Assembly: GCA_013239625.1 (NCBI GenBank)
Contig: MU053493.1
Coordinates: 1,063,793-1,127,792, forward strand
Direction: 5' to 3'
DNA length: 64,000 nt
DNA from: Lama guanicoe
Taxonomy: Eukaryota
In this document: positions 54,600 to 64,000 of the stretch, piece after piece
Layout: every line of letters begins with the position of its first letter
Numbering within the stretch: position 1 is the first letter of the stretch
Program-made: the position numbers and the translations under genes
The notes under the pieces: model-generated
What the model was told of the DNA's origin: nothing
Seen by the model: only the letters and a program-made list of their open reading frames with translations
Databases searched by the model: none

Positions 54600-54965
54600 G
54601 GACAGGGGAGTGGGTACTAGAGCAAGAGGACCTGACTTTGGATCCCGACTCTGCCACTTATTTGATGTATCTTAGGCAAAATATTTAACACCTCTGTTTC
54701 TCAATTTCTTCAACTGTGCAGTAGCACTGAGAGTGGTATGTGCTTCATAGTATTTGGGGAATTAAATGAATCAATATGAAATGCACCTGGGGTTAGGGGA
54801 GGGTATAGCTCAGTGGTAGAGCACATGCTTAGTATGCATGCAGTCCTGGGTTCAATCCCCAGTACCTCCACTGAAAATAAATCAATTAATAAATAAACCT
54901 AATTAATTCCCTCCCCCAAAAGAAAAGCACTTAGAACAGTGAATGGCATAAAATAGTGCTCTATT
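54600..54965 (+). mobile_element. MIR split by a Vic-1-type SINE
   Basis: 'ctctgccactta...cttaggcaaa...cctctgtttctcaatttctt', resuming 'gcacttagaacagtg'. Confidence 0.7.
54787..54921 (+). mobile_element. Vic-1-type SINE
   Basis: tRNA-Ala head and standard tail; TSD-like 'gaaatgcac' and 'gaaaagcac'. Confidence 0.9.
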
Positions 54966-56849
54966 CACATTGTCAAATCAATTCAAATATAATTTAAGCA
55001 TTTAAAAGATACTGCCAAACCAATCCATGCTGCAGTAGAAATTATATCAACCTATATTCACAGTCATTCTTGATATGTCACACCTTTTAAGGATCTACTT
55101 TAAAAGATAATATAATACAATAGTACAGAGTATTGAATTCATAAAAAATTTATCAAAATATTTACAGCAAGACACAGAAGTTTTTTCTTCAGATATATTA
55201 CATGTATAAATTACGTATGTGTGGCACATCTATGTACAGTGTTGGTAACTTTGTAGTTTTTTTCAGTTTTCAGTATGAGTTCTGCCCATGCTTTGTTAGA
55301 TTTACATCTAAGTACGTCGTTTTATCCCCAGTGAATGTAATTGGTATTTTATTTTCAATTTCAGTTTCTATGTGTTCATTATTGATATGTATAAACACAA
55401 TTGATGTTTCACCACAACCTTTGTACCCTGCAAACTTGCTAACCTCGCTTTTTATTTTGTTTTGCTGTTTGTTTCCTCTGGTTTATTTTTTTCCTCTGTT
55501 TTCTTTATCTTGCTTTCCTGTGGGTCAGTTAAACAGTTTTTAAAGATTTTATTTTAATTCATCTCTAATTTTGCTGTGTCTCTTTGTCTTCTTTATCGGT
55601 TGCTCAAGATGTTCCACTCCAGTGCAGACACTCATATGACAAAGGAGAGGCATTGCTGATGTGCGTACGTTCCACATCCGTCACTACAGTGAGCAAGTTG
55701 GCATTCTAGCTTTCCTTTGTGCTAACTTTTACTGTTCCCTTGAATGGTGGGATTATGATTGAGATGTGGCCATCTTCCCCCTTGCTAATGAAAGTGCTGG
55801 GACTCAGATTTTGTGTTGTGATCAGTGTACTGAGGTAAATACACCTCGTATGTCTTCAGTGAGCAGCTAGCCTTCCCTGGCATCTCCCCAGCCTCGCTGG
55901 GTTCTTTAAGTTTGAACATGATGTCCGTCCCGTGGCGTCCTCTAGTCGAAGCGCAAGCACCAGCAGAAACCTCAACTAAGATTTCCGTGTTTAAAGAGCC
56001 AAAATAATAGAGATCACAGGGTTCCAGTGGGAATTGTCACCGTTAGTTCTCATGGAGCTTGAAAGAAGCATGAGGGTGTTATAATACCGCAGCAAGCACC
56101 GGGTCAGCTCTGATGTGCCGTATCTGAAAAGCAGCAAACAAATTTCGCTGAACTTAGACCAGTTACACAGCACAGCCAGCCTTGTGCTTTGAAATCACCT
56201 TAATGATGAACAGGAGAGAAAAAAACGTGCCAAAACATTGGTTTTCTCAGTAGAAAGGCAACAATACAATGTTTTCTGAGCTTGAAGGAATTCTGGATAA
56301 AGGGCAAAGGATCACATTTTGTGGGCTCAGAAAGCGTTTTCAAGGCAGTACTGCCTTTGCTGTTTACATTAATTTTTCTAAAACATTCAAGAGACTGGAT
56401 GTAACATGATGGCAACTCAAAGAATTTGAAAAAGAGAGATTCAGCTTTAAAGAATGTCATGACTCACCCTGTTGATTTTGTTAAAAATCAAACTAAGTGT
56501 TTATCTTAATGTGTGGGAAAGAGGGTCGGCATCTGTCACTAGCAAAAAGCATGAGAAGAATAGAATGGGCAGGGTTGATGGAGCAGCAAGGCAAGCCTGA
56601 AGTGTAGAAACACCAGATATTGTGTCTTTTCTTTAAATCGTGTACCACCAAACACAAACCGCAGGATGTTTGGGGGAAAACCAGCAGCATCAAATGCGGT
56701 GAACAGGTGCTGCAGTACCATTTACTGGATGACGTTTGTTGCAGGATTATTAGAAGTCAGGGCGGGGGGGGGCCTGAAACACAGGGGAAATACATATACA
56801 TAGGAGAATGGCTTCATAATGAGTAAGTTAGGGTATCTAGACCTCCGGA

Positions 56850-57608
56850 TTCTTTGCATGCTGGTTATCTGCTCCTTTGTCGCAAACCTCCACCAAACCT
56901 AGTGGTTTCAAACAATGAGCGTCATTCATTGTGCTCGCGAATGTGCAATTTGGATGGAACACAGCAGGAACAGCTGTCCCTGCTCTGGACAGCATCGGCC
57001 AGTGCAGCTCTTCTAGTTTGGAAGAGGGGCCACTTTAAAGATCACTCAGTCCTAAGACTAGGGGACCGGTGCTGGCTCTCAGGGGGTGCTTGGCTTGGAA
57101 TGCGTCCAGGATCTTTTCCATAAGAATCTCTCCTCCAGGAGAGCCTGCCTCACAGCATGGTGTCTGGGTTCCAAGAGGCTACAGCGGAGGTTTAGATAGC
57201 ATGGCTTCTGCCTAATCTATTGATCAGAGAAGTCACCAAGTCTAGCCTAATGTTAAGGGTGTGAGGGGAGAATAAATACATAAATGAATAAATAAATACT
57301 AATTAATCCCCCCACAAATAAACAAAAGTGAATAAATAATTTTTTTAAATTTTAATTTAATTTAATTTTTCAAAAGGGAGGAGAGGTATAGCTCAGTGGT
57401 ACAGTGTGTGCTTAGCATGCATGAGGTCCTGGGTTCAATCCCCAGTACCTCCATCAAATAAATAAACAAATAAACAAACAAACAAACAAATAAATAAACC
57501 TAATTACCTCCCCCCCAAAAAAACAAAGTTAAGAAGAGGGACATTAGATCCCACAACTCAGTGAAAAGATTGGCAAAGGATTGGTGGCGGTCTCTAATCT
57601 GCCACATT
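56850..57608 (-). mobile_element. MaLR (MLT1-like) LTR interrupted by SINEs
   Basis: 'caccaaacctagtggtttcaaacaa', 'cagcatggtgtctgggttccaagag', ending 'taatctgccaca'. Confidence 0.65.
57376..57525 (+). mobile_element. Vic-1-type SINE, preceded by a headless SINE tail at about 57260-57340
   Basis: tRNA-Ala head, (AAAC/AAAT)n, 'cctaattacc', C run, A tail. Confidence 0.9.
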
Positions 57609-58195
57609 GTAAAATAGTATCGTCATTAAAATAGATTAACTTTTTATGTACATACCCATGATTGAGCAAGTTGACGTGTAAGTAGTTGATTTAATCCCAC
57701 TTGTGTAAAAAGTGGTAGAGAGAGGACTATGCAGGTCTATTTTTGCTTGTGTGAGAGTAGAGGAAGTCCGGGTGATTACACACAGGAGTGGGAAGGGAAA
57801 GGGAGAGGAATTATCAACATCTTCTTTTTACACTCCTGTGCTTTGATTTGTTACCATTAGCTTATGTTACTGTTTGATTTTTTAAAAATCCAATGTAGTT
57901 CTTTAAACAAAAAAGAAAACCTAAAATAATCGATTGGAAAAGTCACCAAATCAAGCAGAATTAGAAATAAAATTTTTATATATTCAGTTAAAATAACCAC
58001 CAAAAAGATAAACATTCCTAGCATTGATCTTAAACACCACAACAATGAAGTTTATTCAAGTGTCCCAAGCCCCAGACATTTCTTACCATCCTGAGATGAG
58101 CTTGGCCATTCTTAAGGAATGAGAGGTGGTGGGTTTGGGAGTGAGGAGGAGAGCTTTTAATATGTAATTCATGCAATTCCTATACTTTAAATAAC

Positions 58196-58333
58196 GGGGT
58201 GGGGGGAGGTTTGGTGGGGGGTAATTAGGTTTATTTATTTATTTATTCTTTTTTTAATGGAGGGACTGGGGATTGAACCCAGGACCTCATGCATGCTAAG
58301 CACATGCTCTACCACTGAGCTCTACCCTTCCCC
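58196..58333 (-). mobile_element. Vic-1-type SINE
   Basis: Reverse complement of the same head and tail; 'tcctatactt' occurs on both sides as a TSD. Confidence 0.9.
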
Positions 58334-58369
58334 ACTAAATCCTATACTTAAAAATAAATCAATATAATA

Positions 58370-60350
58370 CATTTTAGATAAGCTTTTTATTGCAGAATAA
58401 CATGCATACAGAAAAGCACGCAAACCTAATTTGCAGCTCAAAGAACTTTCACAAACTGAACATATACAGGCAGTCAACACACAGTTGAAGAAATAACACA
58501 TTACCAACACACCAGAAGCTCTTCTGGCACCCAGTCCTGATGCCTCACCCCGCCCTACAAGGGGACCCATTACTAGTCTCTCAGCAAAAGTGATAATATC
58601 ACCAAATTTGAACTTTATATAAGTGGAGACATACAGCACACACTCCTTGGGTCTGGATTCTTTCAAGCAACCTCATCGGCATAGTTGTATATAGCAGTTT
58701 ATTGTTTTTTATGGATGTAAAGTATTTTATTGTATGACTTTACCAGGATGTACTTACTTATTTGGATATTGGGATGGTTTCCAGTGTTTGGTTTTTATGA
58801 ATGATTCTGCTGTCATCCTTCGTATAAACTTCTTTTGGTGCATTCGTGTGGGGTGTATACACCTACAAGTGTAATTACCTGGTCAGGTCTTGTGAATGCT
58901 CCCCAAGACTGCCTAAACGCAGGTATGAGACTTTCCGTCACACCCTCCATGTTGGCGCTGGAGGAAGGAGAGGATGCTCTCTGCGATTTTCACGTGAATT
59001 TCCCTGATGATTAATAAAACTAATCACCTTTTCATAATGTTTCTCAGGCAGCTGGATAGACTTTTTAATGAAGGGCATCTTCACACCTATCGCCCACTAC
59101 TTTAAAATTAGGCTTTCTGTCTTTTCCTAATTAAGCTGTACAAGTTCTTAAGAAATTTTAGTCTCATCAGTGTATACGGCAAATATCTTACAATCTGACA
59201 TTTCTGCTTCATGCAGTTTGGCTTTTATAGAATTGAGATGCTTGATTTTAACATATTAATGCTTTCTTGATTTTCTTTGTAGTGTCTTTTAAAAAGAAAC
59301 CTGCACTTACATTAACGTCACGAGTACATTCTTCTATGCTATTTTTGAAAAGCCGTATAGTTTCCCTTCACATTTAGATCTAAAATCAATTTGGGATTGG
59401 TTTCCGTGTGTACTATGTGAGGCAGGAGGGTCGAGATTAATTTCTTCTATACGAATACATAATCGAGTCAACATCATTTAACAAAAAGGTTGTTTTTTGC
59501 CACTGTCTTACGGTGTGACCTCTGCTTATAAATTACTGCAGTTATTCTTCTGCATTAATTTCTCATTACAACTTCATCAGGAGTCAATTGGCCAGATTGA
59601 TGTGTGTCCACTTGAATTTTTTCATCAGTGTTTTGTAGTTTTTGACCTGAAAATCCTACATATATTTTGTTAGTTATACCTAACTCTTGTATATTGTTGG
59701 ACCGGCTTAAAGTAATGTCATGATGTTGCTGCTTTGATTTTGTTTCAGTTTCCAGCTGTTCATTTCCGAAATACAGAAAGCTGGTAGATTTGTGAGTGTT
59801 GACTTTGCACCCTGCAACTTTTCTAAATTGACTTTTTACTTCTGGGGGTACTTTTGCTGGTTCCTTGGAATTTTCTCTGTAGACAATTGAATTGTGTCAT
59901 CTGCCAGTCAAGATATCGATGTTTTTTCCCCTTTTTCAGCCTATTTGCCTTTATTTCTTTTTCTTGCCTTTGTGCACTGGCTGAGACTTTCAGCACAATG
60001 TCAAACAGGAGAGGTGAGAGTGGGTAACTTTGCTTTGTCCCAGTCTTAGGGAGACAGCACTCAGTCTCTCACTATTAAGAATGACTTTCATGGTGTATCT
60101 TTTTCTTTCACTGTTGAGACTTTTTTACCTTTCCATTCTTTTCAAGGGTGTTCACCCTTACTTCTTGGAGAATATTTATAATTGCTGCTTTGAAGTCTCT
60201 GTCTGAGCATCGCGGTATCTGTATCATCTTGATCTGCTCGTCATTACTCTTCAGTCAAACAGCTGCTTTGTGCATCCTTCCAAAGTTTTATAGATGCACT
60301 CAGTGGGGGAGACAGAGCAGAGAGTGTTTAATTCATCTTACCCATAACTC
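58370..60350 (-). mobile_element. Degraded ancient L1M fragments
   Basis: Antisense L1 3'UTR/ORF2 text ('cattaccaacacaccagaagc', 'cagtcttagggagacagcactcagtctctcac'). Confidence 0.6.
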
Positions 60351-61109
60351 CAACTCTTTGTAATGATATTTGACTCCAAATCCATGCTCTATGTCCAAAA
60401 GCTGACTCTTCACAAAAGGACCCTTCCCCATGAGCAAAGGGATCCCAGATTCGTCAAGTGGACCCATTTGTCAGCTCCAAGCCTTGGACAAACAATTTGC
60501 TTTTTCCCAGGACACAGATTAAATGGCATGGATGATGCTGATGCAGATAACATCCAGCCAAACCCCCTCCCTCTCCACTCTGCGTGCCTGGACACCCACG
60601 AGGCACCTCCTGCCTGCTTCCTAGACCTGAACCTCATCCACCTACTTCCTGAGGATCCCCTGCCTTTTCCTAGTTTGGCCTCACTCAGCACACGGAGTTT
60701 CCACATCTTTCCACATATTGATCCATAGCCCTCTTCTGTGTCTTCTACAATGAGACAAAACACCAGGAACTCATTAAAAAAGCCTTCCTTTTATGGCTTT
60801 CTCTCACCCAGCCCTGTGCTGCTCCTAGATTTGGACACATCCTCATTTGTAGTGTCGTGAGCCCCTCTACTGAGACCTTGTCATCTAATGTTGTCCTTTC
60901 TCAGTTCTCTTTGCCCCAGAAGAGAGGGAGCTCTTGGAAGGCAAAGCCTGTGTGGTTTCCATATCTCTCCAGCTACCTCCAACATCCAAAAGGCATTTGA
61001 TGCTGAGTAAGTATTGTAAGTAAGTAAGGGACTGAGGAGAAGGGGAAAGGAAGTATGTAGAAGGAAGCAGAGAAAGAGTAAATGGTAGTACCATCAAAAG
61101 AATTTCCCA

Positions 61110-61243
61110 GGGTGTGGGGAAGGGTATAGCTCAGAGGTGGAGCACATGCTTAGCGTGCACGAGGTCATGGGTTCAAGTCCCAGTATCTCCATTAAATAAT
61201 AAATAAATAAACAAACAAACAAACCTAATTACCTGCCCCAAAA
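61110..61243 (+). mobile_element. Vic-1-type SINE
   Basis: tRNA-Ala head, (AAAT/AAAC)n, 'cctaattacc'. Confidence 0.9.
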
Positions 61244-61651
61244 TCCAGAAAACTGGTCATGTTTTTCATATAGCCCACCCAAACTTGCTGTTATAAATTC
61301 TATTTTATCTTCTGATCAATTTACATATCTCCATTCCTACATCTGCTGCAGAATTCTGGCCACCACCACCAGAATTGTGGTCCATTTAACCACAATTCCC
61401 TTCTCATTGGGCATTCAGCCTCCAGTCTCAGATGCTCAGCTGGCCTGGAAGGGATCTTTATAAAGACGTAAATCTCATTATTTCGCTCTCTTCCTGAAAT
61501 TCCGCTCTGTGCCTCCTCTGAGTCTCAGAATAAAGACTCAATATTTTCTGTGGTTCCTAAGGCCATCTGTGGTCTCCTCTCTGCACCATTCATCTCCATT
61601 TCACTGATTTCCCCCATGCACTTTATGCCCAAGCCATTCAGACACAGCTTC

Positions 61652-61845
61652 TGTGTCAATTTCCTGGGGCTTCTGTAACCAATTGCCACAAACGATGTGA
61701 ATTGGGGGAGAAAAACAAAACAGAAACTTATCTCAGTTCTGGAGCCCAGAAGTCTGAAATCAAGGTATCACCAGAGTTGCCTTTCTGGAGCCTTTGAAAG
61801 AGAATCAGTTCCAGGCTTGTCTTCCATGCATGGTGGTTGGATGGT
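61652..61845 (-). mobile_element. MaLR (MLT1-like) LTR fragment
   Basis: 'cagttctggagcccagaagtctgaaatcaaggt'. Confidence 0.65.
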
Positions 61846-62969
61846 CCCACTCAAGAGACATCTGTCTGCAAACCTGGGTCCTCCCTGAGCACCTCTGGCT
61901 GTGGATAACAAAACTTGCTGTGATGTTGGCCCTCAGGGAGCACTCCCAGGGCATCTCACTGGCTGTCCCAGGACAGAAGGATACACGGTGGGGCTGAGTG
62001 AGCTCACACATTGAGTTTTACTATAGAATTCTTACAGAACTGTCCCAAAGCAGAAAGTCGTCCAGACACTCCTCCACCATTCACAGATACTCTATAGCTG
62101 TATCCCCAAACATTATAACATAGGATTCTTTCTGACTGCCAACATCCATGGTTTTTACTTTTTGTTACTTTCCTTATCATCTGTTAAGTGCTTGCTGTGT
62201 GCCAGGAACTGGGCTGAGCTGATTGAATTAATCCCCACAGAAGCCTGGAAAGGAGGTACTATTACCCTCTACTCCAGCGAAAAGCTGAAAAGCTGAGACG
62301 TACAGGTCAGAGGTTTACCAAGGATGGCTCAGAGGGATGCAGGCAAAGGAGTTCACCCGTGGTTTGTGGCTTAACCCCGCCGTCCACCAGCTCCTCACCC
62401 TCCCACCCGCTCCTGCTCAGTGACCTCGAGCTTATATTTCACTCTTCTCCTGGAGCCTGTCTTCAGGCTCAGCTGTGCCTTCCCTGGAGAAACCTTCCAG
62501 TGAAACCTTCCTGATTTGAGGGCAGAGTTCACGGCGTGGTCACCTCCTGCTCCGCAGAATTTCCAGCACAGCGCGGGTGGGTTGCAAGTCTACAGCACAG
62601 ATGCTGCATGGGAAAGGGCTCAGCGCTTGCATGTTAAGAGGCAGGCGGTCTGGTCATCCGCTTTAAAAAGCTTGTGTGTGATTCAGAGCAGAGGTGCTGT
62701 TGAAAAATTTGTTGGGGGGCTTAATAAAAGCTAGAAGACAATGTTGATATCCAAAATTATGTCATTATTAAAAGCTAAAAAAATTAGCATCTCCATGGCT
62801 AGAATGCTTTTCTATTCATATTTTTGTCTCTTCAGCAAGCCATCTGCTTGCATAATTTCACTTCAATTCCAGACACCCACGGGCGGCCCTTCCCTGGTAT
62901 CACACTCCCGGCTAGTCTTGCCCTGATTGTCAGGAAAAATCAAATGAGAAGCCTGCTAGTCTCCCTCAT

Positions 62970-63039
62970 TTAATCTTCATCACCATCTTTGAAGTTCATC
63001 GTATTCTCTAAAGCAAGATACTCAGGGACAACTTGTGAT
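62970..63039 (-). CDS. Candidate terminal coding exon (SQVVPEYLALENTMNFKDGDED*)
   Basis: Acceptor 'ctcactggctcctttataacag|A' with a CTCAC branch-like site; phase 2, matching the upstream donor; TAA at 62972-62970. Confidence 0.45.
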
Positions 63040-63220
63040 CTGTTATAAAGGAGCCAGTGAGGACCAGCCAGGGCCCATGACTGCTCTGCCCTCTCCAGGG
63101 CGCCCACCTGGCTCTGCTCCCCTGGCCTCACTGGAGAGGCCTCCGGGTCCACAGCCTCTACCTGCACACAGGCTCCATCCTTGGCTGCCTCCTCACGTAA
63201 CCCGTGCCTTCTCCCCTCAC

Positions 63221-63730
63221 TGGGTTACTGTGACAGGATCTGCCAGCTCTGGAAATTCCGCTGGAAAGTTGCTATAGAAACTCGCAGTGGGGGTGTTCAG
63301 TAGGATGTGGTGTGAAGCCTCCCGGCTGAGGCATGTGCCATCCCAAGGGGCGGAGGAGGCAGCCACCCTGCTCCTTTTCTGTATAACTCCAGCCTGGAAG
63401 ACAGATGAGAATCTTCTCTCCTCTGAGCTTGTGGGAAGCAATGTTGAGCCCAACTGACTCGGGTCAGAGATCATAGAACGAGGCCCTAGACACCAGTTGT
63501 CTGGGGTGGCAGAGGTGATCAATAGCCAATGATGGACAGAGTGCCAGCCCTCCCATGGATGCTGACAGCCACTCTCTCTTTGTTGGCAGGACAGTGTGTG
63601 GTGGAGAGGGGCCTGCACCCAGCTGGGTTTTGGGTGGTAACCTCCTCCAGCATCCTGCATCCTCTCAAAGACTGCTGGTTCTTGCTTAACAGGTATCGGT
63701 TCCACCCGCTCATCACTCAGTGAGGGCTTG
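63221..63730 (-). CDS. Candidate penultimate coding exon (about 170 aa, Ser/Pro-rich, contains VKQE); product not recognised; may be a pseudogene
   Basis: 176 stop-free codons in non-repeat DNA; the frame closes at a TGA that lies inside the donor CA|GTGAGG; the 5' acceptor is uncertain. Confidence 0.45.
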
Positions 63731-64000
63731 CTGCAGCCAGGGGTGGGTCATCAACTTCTCTGGCTGGTCCCAGAGAGAGAGAGTGAACCACGCTGCTCAG
63801 AGCAGCTCAGTCGAACCGACAGAGCCTTAAACATGGGGGTGGTCAGCCTGAGCTTGAAGCCCAGCACTACCACTTTCTAGCTGCCCCTTCAGTTTTCCCT
63901 TCTTCCCTGGGGTCATAGTGATGTACAAGGTGACCTTGAGGGTTCAGAGAGATGATATGCACAGTCCTCAGCCACGTTGTTCCAGAGAACTTACAACTCA

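Noticed and set aside
63713..63763. Kinase-like C-terminal motif PEKLMTHPWL in an alternative minus frame
   Set aside because: No preceding conserved Arg or other kinase subdomain; the frame stops a few codons later
1..64000. CRISPR arrays, operons or other prokaryotic systems
   Set aside because: The sequence is mammalian, with no regularly spaced repeat-spacer structure or dense coding

Overview
Mammalian genomic DNA, very probably camelid (camel/alpaca/llama), judged from six copies of a tRNA-Ala-derived SINE that I recognise as Vic-1. Most of the window is intergenic and repeat-dense. It holds a four-level LINE-1 nest (about 15.7-32 kb), a near-full-length L1 with an internal deletion (19601-25240, +) and a compact 2.3-kb L1 derivative with three internal junctions (32318-34609, -). 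There are also two 5'-inverted L1s, two solo ERV1-type LTRs with 4-bp TSDs, ERVL/MaLR LTRs, MIR/L2 relics and DNA-transposon MITEs. The GC-richer 40-52 kb segment has a divergent pair of consensus CTCF motifs flanking a 1.1-kb (GGCACAC)-rich tract. At the right end, two minus-strand candidate exons (63730-63221 and 63039-62970) splice in frame into an unrecognised C-terminus; this is the only credible host-gene signal. Repeat family names come from my recollection of consensus sequences, not from a search, and the boundaries of old repeats are approximate.
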